This document shows positions 39,034-48,379 of a stretch of 64,000 nt of DNA, piece after piece. Under the pieces are notes generated by a model. The model made no database searches, was not told the DNA's origin, and worked only from the letters and a program-made list of their open reading frames with translations. Numbering within the stretch: the stretch's first letter is position 1; the number at the start of each line of letters is the position of its first letter. The DNA comes from Candidatus Kapaibacterium sp. (GTDB lineage Bacteria; Bacteroidota; Ignavibacteria; Kapaibacteriales; UBA2268). The DNA lies in assembly GCA_938031175.1 (NCBI GenBank), contig CALHGZ010000002.1, positions 139,242-203,241 on the forward strand. The letters are read 5' to 3'. A program made the translations under genes and the position numbers.

Positions 39034-41454
39034 TTAAAAGATATCAGAAGGTTCAATTTCACTGTCTCTTGTTTTTCTGGGTATAGATTTCTTTGTATTT
39101 AATCGGTAAGTAATATTAAAGTTTACAATACTTGTTTCCCGCTTAAATTGCCTTCGAGTAAAGAAGTCCTTTCCATAAACATTCACGCTAAATTTGCGTA
39201 TATCGAAAATATCGCTCCAATTAAGGGATAAGGACAATTTATTGTCGAAAAGGTCATATTTTAATCCAGCATCGAGAGCATACATAGCAAGTCGAGTACC
39301 TTGCAAAGTTGCAGTTGGGGCATTATAAAAGCCCGAAATTTGAAAATTAAGATTATCAATAATTTTGAAATTGCTGTTAAGTCGTAAATACCATTGAAAA
39401 TTCTCGTTACTAATGTTAGAGTATTTTTCGCCACCATCGAATTTGGAATAATAATATGAAAAGTTAGCATTTAAATTCCACCATGGCTGTATTTCACCTG
39501 ATATCCCTAATTCAAGTCCAATTTTATAATCTCTATCAATATTGACAAATGTCATTGCGATTGTATTATTTCCCTCAAGTTTTAAAAATCTTGACATTGA
39601 CTGGTTGGTGTTACGATAATATAGTGTTGAAATGATTGACAACTTGTTGAATAAAGTCAAATAATTAATTTCAAAAGAATTTATGTATTCGGGTAATAAA
39701 TCGGGGTTGCCGTAGCGTACGTTGTATGGATCACGCAAATCTTTATGTGGATTGAGATAAAATAAATAAGGACGGCTTATTCGGCGACTATAATTTAGAC
39801 TCAATTCGTTAGTAGGATTAAATTTATGACTTATACCAACATTAGGAAAAAAATCCATATATATTTGTGAATTTTTTTCATCGCTTTTTTTCTGTTCAGT
39901 GTTTACGATACTGTGTTCTATTCGCAATCCAACTTCTAAATAAAAATCAGATATATTACGGTTTAAAATAAAATAAAATGCGTTAATATATTCATTATAA
40001 ATAAAATGGTTCGATACCATATAAGGGTCTAGCCACAAAGAGGATGAAGGATCAAAAAGCTTATATGAATAATTCCCATCGCTCGAGCGGAAAGAAGATT
40101 TTACGCCTGATTCAAAAGTGATATCAAAAAAGTTATCCTGGTACATAATCTCGATGTAACCATTCGAATATTTCTCAATGTAATCTGTATTTTGGCAGAA
40201 TGAACTATCGATGACTATAAAGGTTGGAGTAAAAGAATTGTAAGTAAGGTGCGTATTTTCATTTTCATCGGATTGTGAATATACTAAGTTTATGAGCAAT
40301 GAATTATCATCACTATTAAATTTTTTATGAAATGAAGCCGATAAATCAAAGTTAAATTCAGGCGTGGAGCTGCTATAAATCCCTTGTCTGATTGTTTCAA
40401 TTGTGCCGATATTATTAATAAAGTTAAAATTCGACAGTTCATTAAATTTAGAGTTATTCGCAAAGATTAGAGATGAGACAGAGTAGGAGGTTGATTGATC
40501 AGGAGCATAACTTAAAGCCGTTTTAAAAGAATGATTGTAATATTTTCGCCTTCGATTATTTATTTGGTTGGAGTTGCTCTGAGAATTATAAGCGGGTTCA
40601 AGAATTTCCCGAATTATAGATAAATCCATAGTCATAATTTCACTTCTAAAATCATACCCACTGTTTATTGTGAAATTATCAAAACTATAATCTAAATTGA
40701 TAGCGCCGCCATATTTATCTCGAGTACCAGCATTGAGTGAAAAAAATCCATTGAAGCCGGGATTGAGATTTTTTTTCAGCACTATATTAATAATTCCGGC
40801 AACACCTTCGGCATCATATCTTGATGATGGATTGGTTATTATTTCAATTTTTTCAATCATATCAGCCGGTATTTTCTCAAGTCCATTATTTTCGGATTGG
40901 AAAAGAGAAGAAACTTTACCGTCAATAAGAATTCTGACATTTGAAGAACCTCTGAAAAGTATATTCCCATCTTGATCAACATCAATTGAGGGTATATTTT
41001 TCATAATATCTAATGCGGTTCCACCGGTTGAAATCAAGTTTTTATCAACATTGAAAATTTTTTTACCGGATGCCATTTCGATAATAGGTTTGTCTGCAAT
41101 AATCAGAATTTCAGATAACTCAGTGGATATTGGACGAAGGGAAATTATCCCTAAATCATAAGGAAGGTCGTTTTTTATTTCGAAATGCATCACTGGTGAA
41201 TCGTCATAACCAATGTAGGATACTTTCAGAAGGTATTGACCATTATTTAGGTTTCCTATCGTAAATCTGCCTTTTAAATCGGATTTGCCACCGCTTATAA
41301 CTAGACTATCTATTGAGTTTAAAATATAAATTGAGGCAGAAGGTAAAGGCTCGTTTGTTGTGGCATCTTGAATAATTCCGGTAATGGCTGAAGCAATTAC
41401 TTTCTGGGTAAATACCGTTATCAAAATTAATAAAATCAAAAATCTTATTAACAT
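39034..41454 (-). CDS. TonB-dependent receptor / OM beta-barrel with N-terminal CarbopepD_reg-like domain
   Basis: Signal peptide. ITGIIQDATTNEPLPSASIYI...GRFTI..L..GQYLLKVSYIGYD is a carboxypeptidase-regulatory-like fold. Plug-like region (GGTALDIMKNIPSI). Long beta-barrel ending in a C-terminal Phe. Its stop is 3 nt from the convergent upstream gene. Confidence 0.7.
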   Translation of the reverse strand: MLIRFLILLILITVFTQKVIASAITGIIQDATTNEPLPSASIYILNSIDSLVISGGKSDLKGRFTIGNLNNGQYLLKVSYIGYDDSPVMHFEIKNDLPYDLGIISLRPISTELSEILIIADKPIIEMASGKKIFNVDKNLISTGGTALDIMKNIPSIDVDQDGNILFRGSSNVRILIDGKVSSLFQSENNGLEKIPADMIEKIEIITNPSSRYDAEGVAGIINIVLKKNLNPGFNGFFSLNAGTRDKYGGAINLDYSFDNFTINSGYDFRSEIMTMDLSIIREILEPAYNSQSNSNQINNRRRKYYNHSFKTALSYAPDQSTSYSVSSLIFANNSKFNELSNFNFINNIGTIETIRQGIYSSSTPEFNFDLSASFHKKFNSDDNSLLINLVYSQSDENENTHLTYNSFTPTFIVIDSSFCQNTDYIEKYSNGYIEIMYQDNFFDITFESGVKSSFRSSDGNYSYKLFDPSSSLWLDPYMVSNHFIYNEYINAFYFILNRNISDFYLEVGLRIEHSIVNTEQKKSDEKNSQIYMDFFPNVGISHKFNPTNELSLNYSRRISRPYLFYLNPHKDLRDPYNVRYGNPDLLPEYINSFEINYLTLFNKLSIISTLYYRNTNQSMSRFLKLEGNNTIAMTFVNIDRDYKIGLELGISGEIQPWWNLNANFSYYYSKFDGGEKYSNISNENFQWYLRLNSNFKIIDNLNFQISGFYNAPTATLQGTRLAMYALDAGLKYDLFDNKLSLSLNWSDIFDIRKFSVNVYGKDFFTRRQFKRETSIVNFNITYRLNTKKSIPRKTRDSEIEPSDIF

Positions 41455-41591
41455 TTTTACATAAAAATATTTTATTAAAGTTTACAGACAATTAAAATAA
41501 AATTAACTTAAAATAATTTGAATGTCAAATTTTTTTTGAACAAATTTTTTATACTGAGAAGTTATATTTTTTGTAAGTTTAATATTTTGTA

Positions 41592-43013
41592 ATGAAAGGG
41601 ACATCAAAATGTAATTTTGATAAAAAAGGTAATGATGTTATGAAAACACAAATTGAGCCATTCAAGATCAAATCAGTTGAAGCAATACCTATAACTACAA
41701 AAGAGGAGAGAATAAGGTATTTAAAAGAAGCTTTTTTAAATCCATTTTATCTACGATCTGAACATATTACTATCGATTTATTAACAGATAGTGGAACAAC
41801 AGCAATGAGTGCAAGCCAGTGGGGAAACATTATGCAAGGGGATGAAGCATATGCTGGTTCAAAAAGCTATTACAAATTCGAAGAAGTTGTTAAGAAAATA
41901 ACTGGATTCAAGCATATTATACCGACACATCAAGGCAGAGCAGCAGAAAGAATTTTGTTTTCCATTTTAGGAGGTAATGGTAAAATTATACCAAATAACA
42001 CTCACTTTGATACAACACGCGGCAATATTGAATATAGTGGTGCTGTTGCTGTTGATTTACCTACGAAAGCCGGGATTGATCCCTCAACAGTTGAGGATTT
42101 TAAAGGGAATATGGATATTGATGCTTTGCAAAGATTAATTGAAGAAGTTGGTAGTGAGCGAATACCTCTTTGTATAATTACTGTAACAAATAATAGTGGT
42201 GGTGGACAGCCAGTTTCAATGCAGAATATCAGAGAAACAAAGGAATTGTTAAGTAATTATGGTATTCCGTTATTTCTTGATTGTTGTAGATTTGCAGAGA
42301 ATGCCTATTTTATCAAAAAACGAGAGAAAGGGTATCAAAATAAATCCATTCTTGAAATCGCTCAAGAAATGTTTAGCTACGCCGATGGTGCAACAATGAG
42401 TGCGAAAAAAGATGGTATGAGCAATACAGGAGGATTTTTAGCTACAAACGATGACTCGCTTGCCGAAAAAGCAAGAGTAAATCTGATTATTACTGAAGGT
42501 TTTCCAACTTATGGTGGACTTGCTCGGAGAGATTTAGAAGCTTTAGCTGTTGGTTTCGAAGAAGCATTAGATGAGAAATATCTCGAATATAGAATTGGAC
42601 AGGTCGCATATCTTGGGGATTTATTGATTAAAGCCGGTGTACCTATTCTGGTTCCAACTGGTGGGCATGCAGTTTATCTTAATGCAAAATTATTTGCACC
42701 ACATATACTACCAGAGCACTTCCCCGGACAAAGTATTGCTTGTGATATTTATCTCGAGGGTGGAATCAGATCTTGTGAGATTGGCTCTGTAATGTTTGGG
42801 AAGAAAACACCTGATGGCAGACATATACCTCCACCCATGGAACTTGTTCGTATGGCTATACCTCGTAGGGTTTATACTAAAAGCCATATTGAGTACGTTG
42901 CGGAAAGTGTCATCAAAGTCTTTAATAGAAGGAATGAACTTAAAGGAATGAAAATTATCTACGAAGCACCTCTTTTAAGGCATTTTACAGCTAAATTTGA
43001 TTATATTAAATAA
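41592..43013 (+). CDS. beta-eliminating lyase (tryptophanase / tyrosine phenol-lyase family, PLP-dependent)
   Basis: EPFKIKSVE...IDLLTDSGTTAMS...GDEAYAGSKSYY...IPTHQGRAAE and the PLP-Lys block MSAKKDGMSNTGGFLATND align closely with TnaA/TPL. The likely true start is ATG 41641 (MKTQIEPFK). Confidence 0.8.
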   Translation: MKGTSKCNFDKKGNDVMKTQIEPFKIKSVEAIPITTKEERIRYLKEAFLNPFYLRSEHITIDLLTDSGTTAMSASQWGNIMQGDEAYAGSKSYYKFEEVVKKITGFKHIIPTHQGRAAERILFSILGGNGKIIPNNTHFDTTRGNIEYSGAVAVDLPTKAGIDPSTVEDFKGNMDIDALQRLIEEVGSERIPLCIITVTNNSGGGQPVSMQNIRETKELLSNYGIPLFLDCCRFAENAYFIKKREKGYQNKSILEIAQEMFSYADGATMSAKKDGMSNTGGFLATNDDSLAEKARVNLIITEGFPTYGGLARRDLEALAVGFEEALDEKYLEYRIGQVAYLGDLLIKAGVPILVPTGGHAVYLNAKLFAPHILPEHFPGQSIACDIYLEGGIRSCEIGSVMFGKKTPDGRHIPPPMELVRMAIPRRVYTKSHIEYVAESVIKVFNRRNELKGMKIIYEAPLLRHFTAKFDYIK

Positions 43014-43032
43014 TAAGAAATGGAATCAAAAT

Positions 43033-43254
43033 TCAAATTTTAATATCCAAAAAGCCTTTGTTTAGCTGATTTCGAGCTGTTTCTTGCACTTGTTGTATCG
43101 GCTGAACATTGGCAATTAACTGCATTATTTGATGTTGTGGGTTTGTACCTGTAACAGCTTCTTTTTGAATATCTTTTTGAGTTTCATTTTGAACTGTTAA
43201 TGAAGGTTTTTCCCCATCATTATGCTTTTGCTCAGTAATTTTATCAATAGTCAT
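43033..43254 (-). CDS. hypothetical small Gln-rich protein
   Basis: 73-aa ORF convergent with the lyase gene. No recognisable motif. Coding status uncertain. Confidence 0.2.
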   Translation of the reverse strand: MTIDKITEQKHNDGEKPSLTVQNETQKDIQKEAVTGTNPQHQIMQLIANVQPIQQVQETARNQLNKGFLDIKI

Positions 43255-43364
43255 ACTTGCCCCCGGATAATATGAGATTATAATCCTTAATGATCATTTT
43301 CGGAGATAATCAAAATTTCTTTAATTTGAAAGTCAAATTATATTATAACAATTGAAATTTTATT

Positions 43365-45161
43365 ATGGAACATATTATAATACTTGCTATAATAATTTTT
43401 GCCTTGATTTTATTTGCAACAGAGTGGATTCGTGCAGATTTTGTAGCAATTACAATATCTTTGATTTTAATGATTTTAGGTTATGTTACTATAAATGAGG
43501 GATTTTCTGGATTCAGCAATCCTGCTGTCATTACTGTGATTGCGATGTTTATATTAAGTGCTGGGCTTGTAAGGACAGGCATAGCCGATTATATGGCAGA
43601 TTTGATAGTCAAATACGGTGGGAAAAATCCAATAACATTGACATTGGCTGTTATGCTCGTTGTTGGAAGTATGTCGGCATTTATGAATAACATTGGTGCT
43701 GTGGCTATACTTTTACCTGCGATTTTTATCATTTCAAATAATATGAATTACCCAGTTAATAAATTATTGCTTCCGCTATCCTTTGGCTCTCTTTTAGGTG
43801 GATTGATTACAATGATAGGTACACCACCGAATTTGTTAATATCTATAATGCTGGAAGATCACGGTTATAGTGGTTTCAAACTATTCGATTTTGCTCCTAC
43901 TGGTGTTTTAATTTTAATTGCTGGATTAATCTATATGGTATTTCTTGGGAGGCATTTAATTCCTGCAAGAGAAACGGAAAAGGAATTAACAAAACAATTT
44001 AAGCTGGAAAATTATATAAGTGAATTGATTATTCCCGAAGGTTCAAAGTATCATAATAATACTATTAAAAACTCAAAAATCAGTGAAACCTTGAATATTA
44101 CTATATTAATGATAAAAAGATATGGCGATAAAGGTATGGAAAACATAGAACCATTTCCTGATACTGTCCTTAAAACTAATGATCATCTCATAATTGAAGG
44201 TGATATAGGTAAGCTTATCAAAGATGTTAATCCAAAAGACCTTGAATTTACAGCTATAAAAAAATTTACTGATAAAGATTTAATAGCTGAGAATATTGAA
44301 TTGTCCGAAATAGTGATTTCGCACGATAGCTACTTAATTGGACGTTCAATAGTAGAAAATGATATCAGGAAAATTTATGGTGTGATTGTACTTGCAATGA
44401 AAAAAGGACGAAAAATTTTTGCTGGTGATTTTCAACATCTTCCACTTGAAGCAGGCAATGTCTTGCTAGTGAAAGGAACAAAATCGGCAATTACACATTT
44501 AGCTCAAAGTCCAAATTTTGTGGTTATTAATCGCTTGGAACACGAAACAAGACTTCACAAAAAAGCCTGGCTGGCATTGTTAATTATGTTTCTCACTATA
44601 TTTACAGCTGCTTTAGGAATTTTACATATTTCAGTCGCTGGTATGTTGGGTGCAATTATCATGACATTAACTGGTTGCGTTAAACTTGTGGATGTTTATC
44701 ATAATGTCGAATGGAAAGTGATATTTCTAATTGCCGGCATGATTCCGTTGGGCATTGCAATGGATTCTAATCATATAGGAACTGCCGAGTGGCTTGCAAA
44801 TAATATTGTTTCAATTGCTGGTGAAATTGGGCCAGTGTTTATGATGGCAGCATTGTATTTATTTACAACAATTTTGACGCAAATTATGTCAAATGCAGCA
44901 ACTGCACTTTTAGTTGGACCGATAGCAATTGCTATATCAGCAAGTTTCGGATTGCAACCGCATCCATTTGTGATGGCTATTGCAATATCAGCTTCAACAT
45001 CTTTTCTTACCCCAATCAGTCATCAGTCAAATATGCTTGTCTATGGAGTCGGTAATTTTAGGTTTATTGATTTTGTAAAAGTTGGTGGATTGCTGAATAT
45101 CATTATATTAATAATAAGCTTAATATTTATTCCAATTATTTGGCCCTTTAAACCGTTATAA
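43365..45161 (+). CDS. SLC13/DASS-family anion permease with two central TrkA-C domains
   Basis: 598 aa. The N- and C-terminal TM bundles are separated by about 200 aa of soluble sequence with two TrkA_C-like repeats (...LIIEGDIGKLIKDV..., ...LLVKGTKSAITHLAQ...). Confidence 0.7.
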   Translation: MEHIIILAIIIFALILFATEWIRADFVAITISLILMILGYVTINEGFSGFSNPAVITVIAMFILSAGLVRTGIADYMADLIVKYGGKNPITLTLAVMLVVGSMSAFMNNIGAVAILLPAIFIISNNMNYPVNKLLLPLSFGSLLGGLITMIGTPPNLLISIMLEDHGYSGFKLFDFAPTGVLILIAGLIYMVFLGRHLIPARETEKELTKQFKLENYISELIIPEGSKYHNNTIKNSKISETLNITILMIKRYGDKGMENIEPFPDTVLKTNDHLIIEGDIGKLIKDVNPKDLEFTAIKKFTDKDLIAENIELSEIVISHDSYLIGRSIVENDIRKIYGVIVLAMKKGRKIFAGDFQHLPLEAGNVLLVKGTKSAITHLAQSPNFVVINRLEHETRLHKKAWLALLIMFLTIFTAALGILHISVAGMLGAIIMTLTGCVKLVDVYHNVEWKVIFLIAGMIPLGIAMDSNHIGTAEWLANNIVSIAGEIGPVFMMAALYLFTTILTQIMSNAATALLVGPIAIAISASFGLQPHPFVMAIAISASTSFLTPISHQSNMLVYGVGNFRFIDFVKVGGLLNIIILIISLIFIPIIWPFKPL

Positions 45162-45200
45162 TTGTAACTTATTCTAAGTTTTATTGTTATTGATTTAAGT

Positions 45201-45764
45201 ATGAAAAAGTCATTGGAAGAATATAGCGATGCAGAATTATTTTATCTGATGAAATCAGATAAAAAGTTGCGCGATAAAGCTTTTGCCGAACTATATAATC
45301 GATTGTCGCCAAGAGTATATGCTTATTGTAGACGTTTCGTCGGGGACAAAGAATTAGCAAAAGATATTTTTCAGGAAACATTTGTTAAGTTCTTTGAAAG
45401 TAGTAATAAAGATAGAATCATGACCAATGTACCTGGTTTTATCATAAAAATTGCAAGAAATATTTGTTTAAATTATAAAAGAAAAGATGAACCGACTTAT
45501 TCATACGAAGATTATATGGCTATGACGGAGGATAATAAGACTGAACAAGATGAATTGCTCAATTTAATTAGAAGTGCATTGGTTTTATTACCTGATGAAT
45601 ATAAAGAAGCATTTATATTAAGAGAATACGAAGGTTTTTCATATTCAGAAATTGCTGAAATAACTAATTCAACGCTTACGACTGTGAAGGTTAGAATTTT
45701 CAGGGCTAAACAAAAAATAAGAGAAATTTTAAGTCCATATTTAGAGGATTTAGCTAAAGCTTAG
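45201..45764 (+). CDS. ECF-subfamily RNA polymerase sigma-70 factor
   Basis: Region 2 (ELAKDIFQETFVKF) and region 4 HTH (LPDEYKEAFILREYEGFSYSEIAEITNSTLTTVKVRIFRAKQKI). Confidence 0.85.
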   Translation: MKKSLEEYSDAELFYLMKSDKKLRDKAFAELYNRLSPRVYAYCRRFVGDKELAKDIFQETFVKFFESSNKDRIMTNVPGFIIKIARNICLNYKRKDEPTYSYEDYMAMTEDNKTEQDELLNLIRSALVLLPDEYKEAFILREYEGFSYSEIAEITNSTLTTVKVRIFRAKQKIREILSPYLEDLAKA

Positions 45765-45796
45765 AAATTTATATCAATATACATAAAGTTAGTAAA

Positions 45797-47011
45797 ATGA
45801 GCGACTACATTAACAAAACACCATCGGAATTATTAACTCTCCTTGTTGACGGAGAACTTCACGATAGCGATGCTTCTTTACTTTTTGATTCCTTATCAAA
45901 AAATGAGGAATTAAGACGTGAACTATTAGAGCATCTAAAAATCCGTGAATCAATAAGAAATGATGTTGAAGCATTCACACCTCCAATAGAAGCAACACGG
46001 GGAGTATTCGAACAGCTTGGTATAGCTACCTTTGTGGGATCAACATCTACTACTGGTTTTAGTAATGGCAAATTTATGCCCATATTTTTCAGATTCGGCT
46101 TGCCTCTAATTGCTGTAATAATAGCATCCCTTATCACTGCAAAGGTTGTCTCTGACCATTATGAATCAAAAATTGCTGAAATAACAAGTAAAACTACAGA
46201 CATTTCAGCGGTTAATTCTGAGTTAGTACCTGAGGACAAGAACCTTGAATCTGCTTTGATTGCTGGTGAATTCAATTCAAAACCCATAAAAGGAAACACA
46301 ACTAAATATAGTTCATCAACTCAAAATAATATTTTAACTGATAACTTAATTTCTGATAATTTAATATCAGAAAACGAAAATTTCAGGAATAATTTAGTAG
46401 ATGTTAAACCTATATTACAATCTGAAAATAACTACAGTTATAATAAATATAACACATCCTCAATCAGAGATAACAAAATAAATCAATTGGGATTTTCGCA
46501 AATTTATACAGATTTGCCAGTTTATGGGAATTCAATTATTGTCAAAAATTATACATTGAGTTTTGCTGGTGTTGTGGGGAAAAACATAAATAGTCAAATC
46601 AATAATTTTATTACTGGATTCAATATAGGTTTTTATCCAATACTTTCTAATGATTTAAAAATCGGATTTGTTGTTGGGCGTGAGCCATTTGGAATTGAGT
46701 TATTGAATAGTAGCAATAATCAATATGAAAATGATCCTAAAATGCCCGTTTTTTGGGCTGGTGTTTCCGGGCATTATGGCTTTTCACAATTTAGAATTTT
46801 TGATAATCTTACACCTTACAGTCAGGTAACTATTGGAGCTAATGAATATGGGATGCTAACAAAATTATCTGCTGGTTTACAATTCGGTTTATTTCCAAAT
46901 ATTGAAACGGCTATTGGTGCCGAGTATTCACTTTTACGTTATAAGAATCAACTGCAAACATTATACAATAATAAATTGAGTTTTACAGCTAATTTATTTT
47001 TTAACTTCTAA
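45797..47011 (+). CDS. RseA-like anti-sigma factor with single TM and beta-rich C-terminal domain
   Basis: The N-terminus LLTLLVDGELHDSDASLLFDSLSKNEELRRELLEHLKIRESIR matches the RseA_N pattern (L..mDGEl.....l.......e...w..y.lirD.lR). TM helix LPLIAVIIASLITAKVV. The C-terminal 160 aa is beta-strand-like and ends FTANLFFNF. It lies 32 nt downstream of the ECF sigma gene. Confidence 0.55.
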   Translation: MSDYINKTPSELLTLLVDGELHDSDASLLFDSLSKNEELRRELLEHLKIRESIRNDVEAFTPPIEATRGVFEQLGIATFVGSTSTTGFSNGKFMPIFFRFGLPLIAVIIASLITAKVVSDHYESKIAEITSKTTDISAVNSELVPEDKNLESALIAGEFNSKPIKGNTTKYSSSTQNNILTDNLISDNLISENENFRNNLVDVKPILQSENNYSYNKYNTSSIRDNKINQLGFSQIYTDLPVYGNSIIVKNYTLSFAGVVGKNINSQINNFITGFNIGFYPILSNDLKIGFVVGREPFGIELLNSSNNQYENDPKMPVFWAGVSGHYGFSQFRIFDNLTPYSQVTIGANEYGMLTKLSAGLQFGLFPNIETAIGAEYSLLRYKNQLQTLYNNKLSFTANLFFNF

Positions 47012-47042
47012 TTTATGGCTTTTGTCCCAGGCATGAAATTTC

Positions 47043-47070
47043 AGGCGGGTTTTAACCCGCCTTATTATTT
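47043..47070. terminator. bidirectional rho-independent terminator between convergent genes
   Basis: AGGCGGGTT (47043-47051) pairs with AACCCGCCT (47054-47062) as a perfect inverted repeat. It is flanked by T-rich sequence on the plus side (TATTATTT) and by A-rich sequence on its 5' side (ATGAAATTTC), which reads as T-rich on the minus strand. Confidence 0.6.
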
Positions 47071-47247
47071 AATTGATTTTTTAATCTTCTCGGCAGTTTT
47101 TGAGGAGTAATAACTGCATTTGCCCTTTTGGCTATCGGCTTGAATATTTAATTCTTCGATAGCTTTTTTGAATTTAGCTGTTGGAATTCCAAATTTTTCA
47201 GCCCATTTTGCAGCTGTTAATAATTCTTCTTTTAGTTTTTCTGCCAT
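47065..47247 (-). CDS. hypothetical 61-aa protein co-transcribed with the LRR protein
   Basis: MAEKLKEELLTAAKWAEKFGIPTAKFKKAIEEL... It has an AAGGTG RBS 6 nt upstream of ATG 47247 (the ORF-track GTG start is at 47256). It lies 14 nt downstream of the LRR gene. No known motif recognised. Confidence 0.35.
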   Translation of the reverse strand: MAEKLKEELLTAAKWAEKFGIPTAKFKKAIEELNIQADSQKGKCSYYSSKTAEKIKKSIK

Positions 47248-47270
47248 GAAATTCACCTTTATTGTTATTG

Positions 47271-48206
47271 TTACAATTCTAATTGAATATTTTTGAATTG
47301 GGATTGAATTTTTGCTTTGGTGACTTCTGAGAATTTATTTTTTGTTATAGAAAGTACTTTCAAATTGTTTAAATTATAGAAGCTTTCCGGTAAATCGCTT
47401 AGTTCATTATAACTTAAATCCAGTTCTTCCAAAGATACTAGATCTCCGAAATTCTCGGGTAAATTATTAAGTTCGTTTTCGTAAAGTAAAAGTTTTTTAA
47501 GATTTCGTAAATCAGTGAAAGAATCGGGTAATTGGGTTAGTAAATTTTTGTAAAGTCTGATTTTTTCAAGTTTTTGCAAATTTCCAATATCTTCAGGTAG
47601 TTTTACTATATTGTTTTCTTGGATTTCCAGCTTTTCGAGGGAATCCAATTTGGTAATGGCATCAGGCAGAAAGGTTAATTTGTTTGCTGCTGCACGTAAT
47701 TTAATGAGATTTTTCAAATTTCCAATTGATTCAGGTAAGGCAGCGAGTTCGTTTTCATTAATTATAATTTCAACCAAGGCTTCAAGTTCACCAATGCTTT
47801 CCGGTAATGTGCGGATATGATTATTGCTAAGAGCCAATCTCTTTAAATTCTTTAAATTACCTATTTGTTCAGGTACTTTTTTTAAATCATTCCAACTTAC
47901 AACAAGTGTTTCGAGATTTGTCAATTTGCAAATTGATTCGGGTAATTCGCTAATATAGTTCCCACTCAATTCGAGAACTTTTAAGTTCTGTAACTCATAA
48001 ATTTTTTCTGGAATTGTTGCAATCTCGTTATTCCATAAAATCAGCTCTTCAAGATTAGGGAAATCGAAAATTTGCTCAGGGAATTCCTCCAAACCTTTGA
48101 AGTGTAAATCAAGTTTAATTACTTTTTCAGGAGTTTGACTTGCCTCCTCTAAGGAAAAAAAGATTAGCTCATTATCAATATTATTTTGATTAAAAATTTT
48201 AGACAT
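47271..48206 (-). CDS. leucine-rich repeat (LRR) protein, cytoplasmic, no other domain
   Basis: 311 aa. It has about 11 tandem 23-aa repeats of the form LxxLxxLxLxxNxLxxLPxxIGx (e.g. LKNLKRLALSNNHIRTLPESIGE). No signal peptide or TM. Confidence 0.8.
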   Translation of the reverse strand: MSKIFNQNNIDNELIFFSLEEASQTPEKVIKLDLHFKGLEEFPEQIFDFPNLEELILWNNEIATIPEKIYELQNLKVLELSGNYISELPESICKLTNLETLVVSWNDLKKVPEQIGNLKNLKRLALSNNHIRTLPESIGELEALVEIIINENELAALPESIGNLKNLIKLRAAANKLTFLPDAITKLDSLEKLEIQENNIVKLPEDIGNLQKLEKIRLYKNLLTQLPDSFTDLRNLKKLLLYENELNNLPENFGDLVSLEELDLSYNELSDLPESFYNLNNLKVLSITKNKFSEVTKAKIQSQFKNIQLEL

Positions 48207-48379
48207 TTTTTGTCCTTTATATTGTTGAAGAAATTAGTTCTAATTTAATTGAATTATGACGAATTTTAATCGAAAATCTTAATTCAGAATAATTTGTTTT
48301 ACTTTAGCAATATAAATATTATCATTTAAAATCAAAAGTATTATATTTGAGAACTTGTATAAAAGACGGGTAAATCAAG

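Noticed and set aside
41592-41640. N-terminal 16-residue extension of the lyase ORF (MKGTSKCNFDKKGNDV)
   Set aside because: It is not part of the conserved TnaA/TPL N-terminus. The downstream ATG 41641 aligns with the family start.
47040-47064. GC-rich islands here and at 24361-24400, examined as possible tRNA or small RNA genes
   Set aside because: Each is only 20-25 nt and forms a simple hairpin. There is no cloverleaf-length GC block anywhere in the window. They were called terminator or regulatory hairpins instead.
43033-47256. Small ORFs 43033-43254 and 47065-47256 as toxin-antitoxin components
   Set aside because: There is no paired small gene, no recognisable toxin fold (RelE/ParE/PIN/HicA) or antitoxin HTH. 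They are kept as low-confidence hypotheticals.
47271-48206. Periodic (about 69-nt) nucleotide repeats, considered as a CRISPR-like array
   Set aside because: The periodicity is the coding repeat of the LRR protein: imperfect, in-frame and with no spacer/repeat alternation. It is not CRISPR.
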